A stretch of 64,000 nt of DNA, from NCBI GenBank assembly GCA_964019335.1, contig OZ025708.1, positions 248,001 to 312,000 of the forward strand. Reading direction: 5' to 3'. Below, one piece after another: positions 45,607 to 56,867 of this stretch (position 1 is its first letter; each line of letters opens with the position of its first letter). The notes beneath the pieces were generated by a model. The model had not been told where the DNA came from, ran no database searches, and was given only the letters and a program-made list of their open reading frames with translations. Source of the DNA: Diplonema japonicum. Its lineage: Eukaryota > Protista > Euglenozoa: Diplonemea. A program made the position numbers and the translations under genes.

Positions 45607-46338
45607 CCGGGATTTTTTTTTTTGGGCCCTTCCCCCCTTCCCTTGTTTGACATCTTTTTTGGAAAGAAAAAGTGTATAAATCCCATTTTTTTTTGTTCTA
45701 CGGGAAAACTGAAAGGTTTTCTTTTTTTTCTTCATAGTGTTTTTTTTTTTTTTTTTTTTTTTCAATAACCTGAACAAAGAATGGGATAGGGGGGGTCTGT
45801 GGAAAAAAAAATAAGGGGGTCACTTTGACACAACCACGATAAGTTTTTTTTTTTCTTTCTTTCTTTTTTTTTCTTCGGGTGGGTCGTTGTTAGCAACCTT
45901 CCCCATCATAGTGAAAAAAAGTTTTTTTTTTCTTTTTACAACCGCCCGCCGTCATTTTTTTTTTCTTTTTGGGAAAATGTAAGTTTTTTTTTTTTTTCAG
46001 GCGTCCTGCCACATACCGCAGGTACCCTTAAATGTCTCTTTTTTTTTTTTTTTTTTTAATGACCCGTTTTTTTGTTCCTTTCTTTTTTTCTTTCGTCCCC
46101 CCCCACCCCTCCATTCTCGGGTTTTATTTATTATTACCCCCTCCTCCTTTTTTTATTTATTGTCACCCACACCCCCAACTCCCGTTTTTTTTTTTCTTTT
46201 GCAATATTTTTCACAATTCCACGCCTCCCCCCACCCCTTTATTCATTTGTTTTTTTTATTATTATTATTATTCTTCTCAAAAAAAAAGGGGGGAGTGACG
46301 GGGGAGGAGACGGGAGGGGAAAGAAAAAAAAAAAGAAA

Positions 46339-47708
46339 ATGTCACGAATAAGCACGCCAATACAACAAATTTCGTCGGCAAGCAGTGTGTCAGAGGTTCT
46401 CGCCTTAACGGAGATACGGCAAATCTCTTCACCACCGGCAAGCGAGAAGTACCCAGTGGTGTCCGCGAGCCTATCTGCCAGTCTCTCTGCGAGCCCTACA
46501 GCACAGAAACAAACCCCTGCAATACTGTCGCCTATGGCCGCGGTTGCCCTGCCTAAAACAGCCGAGAGTGAATTTAAACGTCGGTTAAGGATGCAAGGCG
46601 AGGGTCTTGTTTCCCCCCTCGACACCACCGCGCATCCTGTGGCAGCGGGCATCGGGATTCTCTCACCCCCAGGCTTTTCCACTGTCGTGGGGAACACGCC
46701 TTCCCCACCACCTCTAGACAGCACACCACCGCCACAATCAAGATCTGTTTCGCCAATTCGTATCAGAGGGCCTGTTTTGGAGGATGTGTCATATGGGCAG
46801 TCTCCACCTGTTCCTCATACTACCGCAGCTGGGGCGTCTGGTGTTGCTTATAAATATCCCAGAAGTGTACCGTGTCCACCTCCGCCTGGCATGACAGAGG
46901 TTTTCGTGGTCGAGTGGTCGCCGCATCCAGACCCACAGGTGTTGGAAATACAGCGCGGGGGTGCTGGGGTGCAGCCTTGTGCAGTCCTGCACTTGCATGG
47001 TGTCAGGAACACTGTCATCCCCGCGGAGTCGATCATCGATGTTGCCGTGGCCGGTTCGATGTGGATGCATGTTAATTGTAAAAACGGGGAGAGTTTTAAG
47101 GTCCGCCCGCGGTCGTCTCCTGATTACGGTCCTCTTGCTGAAGCGCTTGGTGCGCTATTCTCTGTTGGTGAGGCTGCGACGGGGCTCCCATTACGGTCTG
47201 TAAAACCCGGTAAAAAGGGCCTGCAGCGAGCGCCGTCACCGTGGGCTCCTTTCTTCACCAACCTCTTCTACATCTTCCGGTTGATCCTGGTTCTGGTTCT
47301 TGTTGTTGTGTGCTGTTACTACGTGGGGGACACCATACAGCAGTGGGGGGCGTCGCCGTTGCTAGCTGTTCATCACCTCCCTAGTCCTATTATCGCCAAT
47401 CTGACTCTGCCTTGTGCGAGGCTGCGGGAATCCGGATCGGACTGCCAGTTGTTCTTGATAGATTGCGGGAACGATTATACCTGTACCTATAACGCGACAG
47501 AGGTGTCCAGGCAGATTCAGACCAGCAATGTTACCACGGTTTGGAAGAAAAAAAGAAAAATTGGGGGGGGGTTTTTTTTATGATTTTCTTTCTTTCCATA
47601 GATATTCGGCCTGTTTGGTCCATCGGCGCAGGGTAGCAGGAATGATCCGTTTCTCTCTAAGCTGGGCTCGGTTTTAACTCTCTCTGAGCATGATGGGGTA
47701 TGTGAGGG

Positions 47709-47741
<33 letters not shown>

Positions 47742-47815
47742 TCTCTGACAACTCCCTAAACACCCTCTCGTCCCACATTGTGGAGCGGTGTCCGAACCAC
47801 TTTAGATTTGGGTAA
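46339..47815 (+). CDS. Single-pass membrane protein with Pro/Ser-rich N-terminus, 3 exons, 457 aa
   Basis: Exons 46339-47538, 47602-47697 and 47738-47815. TM segment LFYIFRLILVLVLVVVCCYYV. Confidence 0.7.
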
Positions 47816-48079
47816 TTCGGTTAAGGAAGAATGGGGGGGGGGGGAATAAGAAGAGAACAAGAAAAGAAAAAAAAGAAATATTAACCCTTCCCCCCCCCCC
47901 CCCCCACCCGTTCTGTACAGCGTTGAAGAGAACCCCCCTGTATTTTCTTTATATTTTGTGTTTTTTTTTCTTTCTTTACCCCTCTTTTTTTTCTTGAAAC
48001 GTTTCTTTTTTTTCCTTTGCGTTTTTTTTTCTTTCGTTCTGCGTTTCTCTTACTTCATCTCACTAAGGGCAGCCATGTC

Positions 48080-50791
48080 ATGCACGTCTTCATCTCACTA
48101 GCCCTGCTGAGTGCCACGGTGCTCCCAGTTGTGGGGGACTTTGTCTTGGGGTTGCAAGGGGCAAGCTGCACCGCGACTTGTAGCGCAATAGGAGTGCCAT
48201 GCCTTACTGTTATCAACATGATGGACAGCACTGCTGTGTTCGCCACCCTGGGGGTGACGTGCCCCATGACCCCAGGGCCAAATGCCCAAAATGGAGTGCA
48301 CTACGCTACCGACCAGCCTTGCTACGTGACGGGGCCTGACATGAATCAAGGGGAGTGTCTTGGGTACAAGAGTATTCCGAACCCTATAGATTGCGATGCT
48401 ATACATACTCAAGTGAAGAGGGTTTGCAATTGTGACACGACGGCAGCGCCCCCTACATCTGCCCCGGCAACTCCAGCACCCTCTACACCTGCACCGGCAA
48501 CACCTGCTCCGGCTACCCCGGCACCCTCTACACCGGCGCCAGCAACTGCGGCACCTTCTACACCTGCACCAGCAACCCCAGCACCTTCTACGCCCGCACC
48601 AGCAACACCTGCTCCTGCTACCCCAGCCCCACCGACGCAAGCGCCACCTACTCCAGCACCACCTACCTTGGCGCCCACACCTGCCCCACCCACTCAGGTG
48701 CCCCCGACAGGTGCACCTGCAACACCATCTCCTCTGACACCTGCTCCGGCTACTCTGGTTCCTCCGACGCTTGCTCCGCCTACACCTGCCCCGCCTACGG
48801 TGTTCCCCCCCACGCCTGCACCTGCAACTCCTGCACCCCTTACACCCGCTCCTCCTACACCTTCACCTCCTACTGCTGCCCCTACGCCAGCTCCTCCAAC
48901 GCTGGCGCCCTTAACACCCGCTCCTCCTACACCTGTGCCTCCTACGCTAGCACCGCCCACACTAATTCCCCCTACTCTGTCGCCGCCCACGGTAGCCCCT
49001 GTAACTCCTTCACCCCTTACACTTGCACCGCCTACTTCAGCGCCATTAACACCTACCCCACCCACACTAGCGCCTGCTACTCCAGTGCCTCTGACAGTAG
49101 CGCCCTCCACTCCTGCACCCCCCACAGCCTCTCCAACAGCAGCACCCTCCACTTCTGCACCTGCGACGTCTGCGCCTCCCACAGCTGCGCCAACAGCAGC
49201 ACCTTCCACTCCGTCACCTGTCACCCCAGCACCCTCCACTTCCGCACCAACAACATCAGCACCTTCCACGGCTTCTCCGTCAACCCCCGTGCCCTCAACT
49301 CCAGCGCCATATACATTTGTGCCTCTCACTACCTCACCATCGACTCCTGCGCCCTTCACTTCGGCACCTCCTACGGGCGTACCACAGACTCCTGCTCCTG
49401 CAACGCCCCCGCCTACAACCGCAGCACCCCCTACTCCCCTCCCGCAGACATCGGCACCGGCAACATTGTCCCCCGTTACACAGGCACCCTCGACTGAGGC
49501 ACCGACCTCAGAAGCACCAGCCACAGCGGCACCGACTACCGAAGCACCGGCCCTTCCGTCTGAAGCAAAAGTGACTGCGGTTGGGTCAGCAGTGACCGGG
49601 GCTGCTGCACTAGGGGCCGCTAGTTCCGCGGGGGCAGCCACACGGCTTGTTTTGATCAACAGCGGGTGCAAGGGGGAAAATCGATTCCCGTTCCCACTGC
49701 ACCCCTTGCGGTTCAGCCTGGGGGGCAGCCAGGCAGCAGGCGCAGTGGTAGGGAACACAGTAGTGGTCACAACCTTCACCTTGCTTTGCAAGCTGGTCCT
49801 TACAGCGTTCGACAAGATGAAGATAATCGAGGTTCTGGACAGCCAGGGGCTGATGAGGTTCCCGTCAGCACCGCTGTTCGTGTTCCAGTGGCTGTACCAG
49901 GGCACAGCGCTGGCGGGGATGATGTTGGTGGCGCACCCGCCAAACATCCTGATGTTCTTCCTGGGGCTGCTGACGTTCGTGTTTTGCATTGCGACTCCAC
50001 TACTCATCTTCAAGGAGGTCAGCTCATCCGTCCCCTCACGCGCAGTGTACATGCACGACACAGTGAAGCGGTCCGAGGCATACAATGTCATAATAGGCCG
50101 TGGGGAGTGGGTGAGCCTGTCCCCAGAGAACCACTGGGCCAACCGATACGCCTCCGTGACTAGGCAGTTTAAACAGGAGCTGGCTTGGTTTTCGGTGTTT
50201 GAATTTTCAGGGAGCTTTGCGCTGGCGGCAGTACATGCCCTTAACACGGAAACCTTGACGGGGTGCGGGCATGTTAAGATGTCTGCGTGTTTGATCTATG
50301 TACTCTGGGTGGCATTGGAAGCTGTACTGTGGCCGCACGCACGGCAGAGGGATAACATCTTGGATTTTGTGTCGTTGGGGTGCACAGCCAGCGGTTTGTT
50401 CACCATGGCCTTGGGCTTCTATGGTGGCAATGATGTCGGGCCGCATGCTCTCTTCACGGTGTCGTCGAACTTGTACTTCTTGTCGGCCATCGTGCTTCTG
50501 GTCAAGGTCTCGGTGGATATTGTGACAGAGTGTTTTATTTTCTTCACCAAAAGGCGGATGAGGTTGCAGCAAGCGGCGTGGGCTGTCGTCGACGAGCAGT
50601 TGTCTGTGGAAGCACCAGCTCTGTCTTGTAATATGACCATGCCCTCTCTTACCCCATCGCAGCCCATGTTGGAGTTCAAAAGCAGCACTTCCCCATCTTT
50701 CGTGAGCGTCGGGGGTGCGGCACCGCCCGAAAAGTATCGGGTTCGTGCGAGGGCTGAGTTGGCCGCCATGAAAAAGAGTGCTATTATTTGA
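48080..50791 (+). CDS. Mucin-like surface protein: signal peptide, Cys-rich domain, Pro/Thr/Ala stalk, multi-TM C-terminal domain
   Basis: Signal MHVFISLALLSA, Cys-rich module (GASCTATC...KRVCNC), about 370 aa of TPAPx pentapeptide repeats (~48439-49560), then several hydrophobic helices. Confidence 0.85.
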   Translation: MHVFISLALLSATVLPVVGDFVLGLQGASCTATCSAIGVPCLTVINMMDSTAVFATLGVTCPMTPGPNAQNGVHYATDQPCYVTGPDMNQGECLGYKSIPNPIDCDAIHTQVKRVCNCDTTAAPPTSAPATPAPSTPAPATPAPATPAPSTPAPATAAPSTPAPATPAPSTPAPATPAPATPAPPTQAPPTPAPPTLAPTPAPPTQVPPTGAPATPSPLTPAPATLVPPTLAPPTPAPPTVFPPTPAPATPAPLTPAPPTPSPPTAAPTPAPPTLAPLTPAPPTPVPPTLAPPTLIPPTLSPPTVAPVTPSPLTLAPPTSAPLTPTPPTLAPATPVPLTVAPSTPAPPTASPTAAPSTSAPATSAPPTAAPTAAPSTPSPVTPAPSTSAPTTSAPSTASPSTPVPSTPAPYTFVPLTTSPSTPAPFTSAPPTGVPQTPAPATPPPTTAAPPTPLPQTSAPATLSPVTQAPSTEAPTSEAPATAAPTTEAPALPSEAKVTAVGSAVTGAAALGAASSAGAATRLVLINSGCKGENRFPFPLHPLRFSLGGSQAAGAVVGNTVVVTTFTLLCKLVLTAFDKMKIIEVLDSQGLMRFPSAPLFVFQWLYQGTALAGMMLVAHPPNILMFFLGLLTFVFCIATPLLIFKEVSSSVPSRAVYMHDTVKRSEAYNVIIGRGEWVSLSPENHWANRYASVTRQFKQELAWFSVFEFSGSFALAAVHALNTETLTGCGHVKMSACLIYVLWVALEAVLWPHARQRDNILDFVSLGCTASGLFTMALGFYGGNDVGPHALFTVSSNLYFLSAIVLLVKVSVDIVTECFIFFTKRRMRLQQAAWAVVDEQLSVEAPALSCNMTMPSLTPSQPMLEFKSSTSPSFVSVGGAAPPEKYRVRARAELAAMKKSAII

Positions 50792-51928
50792 ATATTGAAG
50801 ATTTTTTTTTTTTTTTTTTTTCCTTTTGGGACACTCAGTATTTCGAATATTGCACAAGTACCCCATGCATTGTTTAAGGAATGGAAATGCGAACTCTGCG
50901 AACAGTTTTTTTTTTTACGTTTTCTCTTATATTTTGTTTATTCTAATTTTTTTTTGTTTTTGTTTTAAAAATTTCTTTTTGAATTTATTTCACGAAAAGT
51001 AGGAAACGAACGAAATATAGGCTCCTCCTTGACAACCTTCACGTCCCCCCCCCCCCCCCCCCCCCCCCCTCCCCCCAGACTGCCCACACATTCGCACTGT
51101 GGCTGGTGGAACCATATTGATGATGATAAGAAAGAGTAGGAAAAGAGAAGGGCTTTTTTTTTTTTTTTTTTTTTTTTTTCTTCTTCTCCTGTAGATCGTC
51201 TTTAATGCCTTGCTTTCCATTTCCTTTTTATCGCACCACTTTTTTATCCCCTCCCCACAACTTACTCCACTTTCAAAAAGAGAAAATAAAAACAAAGAAA
51301 TACCCCCATGTATTTATTGTTTTCTTTGAAATTTTGAAACTATGAGTGCTGGAGATCTCAAATGACGGGGGGGGAAAAAAAAAAGGGTGTAGTAAGAAGG
51401 CTTGCTTCCTCCTGTCGAAAATACTATGAAATGAAAGAAAAAACTCAAGTTAAATAATGACTCGTTTTTTTCCTCCGTTTTTTTATTATTTTTTTTTGGT
51501 GAGGAAATAGCCCTAGCGAAACACTGGGTATCTGTAAACTCCTCCCCCCCCCCCCCCCCCCCTTCCTCTCATTTTGTTTTTTTGTTGGTGTGTATGGAAT
51601 AGTTTCTTTTCCTTGTCCCCGAGGGGGGGACAAGGAAAGAAGGCGGTTTTGTATCCAATTTCTTTTTTTTTCTTCAAAAAAGCACCTTGTGTGCTGTTTG
51701 ATATTAGCCATCCCACCCACCCCACACCCCTCTTCTGTCTCTTTTTTTTTCTTCTTTTTTTTTCCCCTCCCCCTTTCGAAGCATCTGATATATTTTACGT
51801 CGAAAAAAAAAAAAAAAAAAAAAAACTACAGCCCCCGTCGCGCTGTTGAATTATTACTTTTTTTTTTAATTGCTTCTTTCCGAGCATTCACAAAAAAAAA
51901 AGGGGGGGAGAAGGGAGGGAGGAGGAAG

Positions 51929-53575
51929 ATGAACGCTTCCAGCCCCTCTCGAGGCTATTATTCTCCAAGCCGCAGTTTTGGTTCGCCGACAGGGATACCC
52001 GCCGCCTTCACGTCAACCAGCCCACTGTCCTCCCCAAACCGTCAGCACCTCGACATGAACTTAAACCTCGGAAGGGCAACAGAACCTCTGGGCCTACACT
52101 GCAGAAGCGAAGCTGGCCGCGTGATGGTCACAGGCATTGTGAGGGGATCAGCTGCCGAAATCTCAGGGATTCGACCGGGCGACATAGTTACAAAGCTGGG
52201 CGGTTACACTGTAAACGACAGCAGAGACATGAGAAGGGGGAGGGTGGTAGCTTTAGATAAAGGCCAGCTCTCCATACCAATAGGCATAACGAGAGATGGA
52301 AGAGGAAGCACCCCGACAGCACCGTCGGGATATTACTCCCCAAGCTATTCCCCGTCCCCCGACGCACACGAAGCAAAACAGCTCGGGTCACTCCAAGCCG
52401 CTTACGACAACGGTGGCTTAACACGTGAAGAATTCCGCACCGCGGTCACAAGAATCAAAGGATTTTCACCATGGAAACCCGATGAAGACACAACCGACAG
52501 TACCGTTGCACCTTTAAAACTTCAAGAAAAAGCCATTCCACCGTCTTCCACACCGGCAGCTGACGAATCGCCTGCGACACCCTTAGACATTGACACAACC
52601 GACGATCGGTTTAGAAAAACACCTCACAACACCGTTATCCAGGACCCGCAACTGGAAATCGCGGATACTGTGAAGACGCAACCTGTTATTGAGGAGAAGC
52701 AACCTACACCACCGGCGGCAAAGGACACAGAAGAATATCTCCCGCTAACAGATGATGAACTGGCGAAGTTTCCAAAACTCGACGCGGACACCTTAAGAAC
52801 ACTCAAGCACGAGTTCACAAAATATGACCAGAACGGGGACGGGGTCCTGACGGACAAGGAGTTACTTAAGGCGTTTTTAGGAGCAGGGATGGACCCGCAG
52901 AACGCACATTACACTGTTCAACATGCCTTGATGTTCGCTGACAGAGACGGAGACGGTACTATTGATTACAATGAATTTGTGAAATATCATGCTCCGGAAA
53001 TGGATTTTGATGACGAAGCTGAAGAAAGTTTAAACGACGAGGAAGCTGCGTTCTTGGACACGATGAACGCGAGGTCCACCAAGCTGAGCGACCTCCCCCC
53101 AGAGATCATCACGCAACTCCAAGAAGATTTTGCAAAAATTGACGTAAACGGTGATGGCTACCTGACACAGGAGGAACTGACAGAGTCGGTCAAAGATGTT
53201 TACGGTGAGTTCAGCGATGCAATTATAGAAATGTTTCTAGGGGTAGCTGATCAAGACGGGGATGGGCGGATATCCTACCAAGAATTTATGAAGGAGCAGA
53301 CAGCTGTAGACGTTGTTGATATTCCTAATATTGATGTGGTTTCTACTGGTCTCGATCCTGCCGTACTTGCTCTTATTGCTGAGGATTTTACCGCTCTTGA
53401 TCAGAACGGGGATGGTTTTCTGTCGGAGGAAGAGCTGCGGGGCGCGATAGGCGGCGGGGACTCTCCGGAGGCGCAGTTCGTTCTTGCTGAAATATTACGA
53501 TGTGATTCGGACGGCGACGGGCGGATTAATTACAAGGAGTTCGTGGAGCACATCAAACAGGTCGCGGGGTTGTAA
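51929..53575 (+). CDS. PDZ + SHOCT-like + six EF-hand calcium-binding protein
   Basis: PDZ (LGL..VTGIVRGSAAEISGIRPGDIV), LQAAYDNGGLTREEF, and six canonical DxNGDG/DxDGDG..E loops in three pairs. Confidence 0.9.
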   Translation: MNASSPSRGYYSPSRSFGSPTGIPAAFTSTSPLSSPNRQHLDMNLNLGRATEPLGLHCRSEAGRVMVTGIVRGSAAEISGIRPGDIVTKLGGYTVNDSRDMRRGRVVALDKGQLSIPIGITRDGRGSTPTAPSGYYSPSYSPSPDAHEAKQLGSLQAAYDNGGLTREEFRTAVTRIKGFSPWKPDEDTTDSTVAPLKLQEKAIPPSSTPAADESPATPLDIDTTDDRFRKTPHNTVIQDPQLEIADTVKTQPVIEEKQPTPPAAKDTEEYLPLTDDELAKFPKLDADTLRTLKHEFTKYDQNGDGVLTDKELLKAFLGAGMDPQNAHYTVQHALMFADRDGDGTIDYNEFVKYHAPEMDFDDEAEESLNDEEAAFLDTMNARSTKLSDLPPEIITQLQEDFAKIDVNGDGYLTQEELTESVKDVYGEFSDAIIEMFLGVADQDGDGRISYQEFMKEQTAVDVVDIPNIDVVSTGLDPAVLALIAEDFTALDQNGDGFLSEEELRGAIGGGDSPEAQFVLAEILRCDSDGDGRINYKEFVEHIKQVAGL

Positions 53576-54660
53576 GAAAGCGGAAGAAAAAAAAAATTGA
53601 GTGGGGGGGGGGGTTTCCCCCCCCCCCCTTCTTCCCCAGAGCTTTTAGCTTAGGAGGGATGAGTATGAAGGGGAGGAAAAAAAAAAAGAAAAAAAAAGAA
53701 GCGAGTTCTGAAAAGAAATATTGCAAAAAAAAAAAAAAAAAAAGACAAATGTTGTTATATCAGCTTGTGACTCCCCCCCCCTCCCCCTGCTCTAAGAATG
53801 AAAGGGCGCTAACTTGGCAAAAATATCCGCAGCAAAAAAAAAAAAAAAAAGAAAAGAAAAAAAAAAGCTTGAGGATTTTTTTAAAAAAAAAAAGTTATTC
53901 AATTCACTTAGCATCCTCGAGAACGTCAAAAAAAAAAAGTACCAAAATTCACTTTTTACCCCTCCCAAAAAAAAAGTTGAAAGTTCACTTATTACCGGAA
54001 ACGGGGGTATTCCCCCCCCGGTTCCGAGAGGCTGAACAGGGCTGTAAAATAATAGCCAAGAAAAAAGAAAAAAAAAAGAAAATTACTACTATGTGAATTT
54101 CGGCACTTTTCTTGGGGTGTTGGGTGGATATTCTTTTTTTTTTTTTTTTTTTTTAAAAAAAGTGGCGAAGAGAAAAAAAAAGGGGGGGGAAGGAGCACTA
54201 TGCCTGCTGCCTCTTGCCTTCAGAGGCCGTGCTCTCAAACTGTCTTTTTTCCGGTCGAAATACTGGATGTCTGGCCGAGTCGCCACCCCTCCTCCGATAC
54301 CGGCCTGTATTCGCATTGTTTGATTTTTTTTTTGTTTTTTTTTTTGTTTTAACAATATCATTGTCGAGACTAAAAACTAGTTGATGGCAGCGTGATGAGC
54401 TATTTTATAGGTAAAATTCCGCTCGTGCGCAACAAATGAAGCGCCAAACTAGTTTTTTTTTTTTCTTTTTTTTTATTTTATTCATTTCCGTGGCTCCTTT
54501 ATGTGGCGTCTCACCGTTTTACAACTTTCAAAAAAAAAAAAAAAAGTAGTGCCACCTTGCCTTTGTTACAAGGGGAAAAAAAAAAAAAAAATGAACAATC
54601 GCCGAACAGTTTCTTTTCTTTATTTTTATTATTATTTTTTTTTTTTAAATTTTTTAATTC

Positions 54661-54963
54661 TGAGCAGCTCTCTTAAAGAATTTAGGGCTAGAAAGAATAA
54701 AATCAGGTTTCACCTTTTATTTCACGCCCAGGTCCGGGCAGCCTCGAGAAAGAGGCGAAAACTGTGATGGAAAAATCGCTCAAACCCAATAGAAAAAAAC
54801 GGCCAACTGTCTGTTTCGCACTCCACCAGCTATTTTAAATATCCGTACGATCGAGGACCTGCAAGTTCCTCCATCTGAACAAACTACAGTAGGTTCAATG
54901 GAGTGATGAACCCTGGTATCCAGTACCATGCTCAGCACCCAAATTCTTTGCGAGAGCAGCTCA
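54661..54963. mobile_element. Degenerate MITE-like element with ~28-bp imperfect terminal inverted repeats
   Basis: TGAGCAGCTCTCTTAAAGAATTTAGGG ... CCCAAATTCTTTGCGAGAGCAGCTCA. No TSD recognised. Confidence 0.5.
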
Positions 54964-55289
54964 TCATTAAGTAAAATGCAGTATTGAATAAAAATCAGAG
55001 CATGATTTCACTTGTGGGGTCCCCTTTAGGCTATCTGATTTTCATTTAATAAATAGCTTCTTCTTTTTTTTTTCTTTTTTTTTTTTCTTTCCGACGAAAT
55101 ATCAACAAAGACCCCCGAAGGTAAAATTAATATTTAAAAAAAAAAGAAAAAAGAAAACGTTCTTCCCCTTTTTTTTTTTTTTTTGTCTTATCCCAGCCGC
55201 CCCTTGTGTTCCCCTTTTCTTCCCCCCTCCCCCCTTTTCCCTTTTTAACTAAACTGAATATTAAGAAAATTATAGTTTTGAAAAACTTG

Positions 55290-55336
<47 letters not shown>

Positions 55337-55798
55337 TTTTCGCTCTCGCAAAGAAGTGCGAAAAGCAGGGGGGAAAGAAAAAAAAGAGAAAAGAAAATTG
55401 TACAATCTTTTCAAAAAAGAACAAAAGGACACCAAAAAAAAAAAAGGTTGTGTAGTGATCACGTTTTTTTTCTTGTTGTTGTTGTTGTTGTTGTTTTTTT
55501 TTTTTAAATTTTCCGCTCAAAAATAGCTAGTAGACCATTATATAACTCAAAAGAATTCCGAGTAAAAAGTCTGGCTGATTTTTATTTAGTATGATATTTT
55601 ATTTTAATTTTGTAAAGGTAAATGAGAGAAATTCGGACACCAAGAAAAACTGAAGAAAGCTGCTGCAAAAAATAAGGCCTAAATTTTCTCATTTTGACTA
55701 CCAATTATAAACAAAGCAATGCTTGAGTTTGTGGAATGTTTCAAAAAAAAAAAAAAAGAAAAAAAAAAAACCTTTTTGAAAACCGGATCAAAAAACCG

Positions 55799-55866
55799 GC
55801 CTTTCGGGGCTTGAAACCAAAGACACCTGAAACCCTGGCCGAGGGTCCTGACCACTGACCTACGGC
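55799..55866 (-). pseudogene. tRNA-like relic (tRNA pseudogene or SINE head)
   Basis: Minus strand GCCGTAGGTCAGTGGTCAGGACC (A-box-like, perfect GGTC/GACC D-stem) ... GGTTTCAAGCCC (B-box-like with one extra T). Anticodon and acceptor stems are poor. Confidence 0.35.
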
Positions 55867-56088
55867 AGTGTGCCCCCAGATTCAAAAAAAATGAAGACGA
55901 ACACCGAAAATCCCCATGGAATGGCTCAAGAGTTTAAAAAAAAAAAATCAGATCCCTTACATTTACGGCACGTTTTTTTTTTTTAAAGTTTAAAATTATT
56001 CAGCCTATTTATTACTTTACGTTTATTTCTGCTGTTTTTTTTTTTTTTTTTTTTTTTTTCTTTATATATATTTTTTTTTTTATGGTTA

Positions 56089-56130
<42 letters not shown>

Positions 56131-56163
56131 AAATCCACGACCCCCCCACCACCATGCGAAAAG

Positions 56164-56833
56164 ATGAGGTGTAGCACATCCACGACACACACATTGCTGA
56201 GATGCATTCTATTGGACATGGTGTTGACAGGGTGCACCATGGGTGTGGGGAACGAGACCAACCCCCCTACTGGAGGAAGCGACGACAGCGATGACCAAAA
56301 CTTCATAAAAAGTTGCACAGGGAACGAAGTGTGCAGGCTGTCGGTGTTGATCGGCGTAGTTCTATGCGTAGTGGCAGGACTGTGCATAGTGATCAAAGGA
56401 ACGATGAAGCGAGAAGCTTTCGACGATGGGACCTCTAGCGCACCATCTGAACTTAACAACGACAATGCTCATGCGGTTCAGCACTACCAACCACACGAAG
56501 TTCTTTGGCCTGGACCTAACGAATGGCGCAGAATGTCCCTTCACCAACGAGGCAAGGTCACTGCGAAAATCGTCAAACAAACCACCGCCATCCTCCGCGG
56601 TCCAGACGCCCCCGAACACGCGAAAAAACTCAATAATTGGGTTCGGTCGGACGACGGTATTTACCGTGACGATCTGGAGGCAATCAAGGCCTCGCTCGAC
56701 CAGCTGCTCTGCCTCATCGACACCTCCCAAGAAGTTTACTCCACCGACCTCGGCGCGCCTTGGCCGAAACACTCCCGGTGGCGAAGGGTCTCAAATCGAT
56801 TCAAAGCGATGGTATAATATTTTGGAGGAGGGG

Positions 56834-56867
<34 letters not shown>

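Noticed and set aside
48694-50247. 517-aa minus-strand ORF
   Set aside because: It is the antisense shadow of the Pro/Thr/Ala repeat gene. The same applies to the many short ORFs overlapping dynein and other CDSs.
54385-54450. Box C/D snoRNA (GTGATGA with weak terminal stem); likewise near 54903
   Set aside because: No CTGA box D at a suitable position and no verifiable rRNA guide.
53659-55526. Poly-K/poly-F ORFs in intergenic DNA, and poly-K/F N-terminal extensions of ORFs 13809, 17063, 41602, 46072 and 51590
   Set aside because: These are translations of homopolymer runs; starts were reassigned to the ATG after the A-tract.
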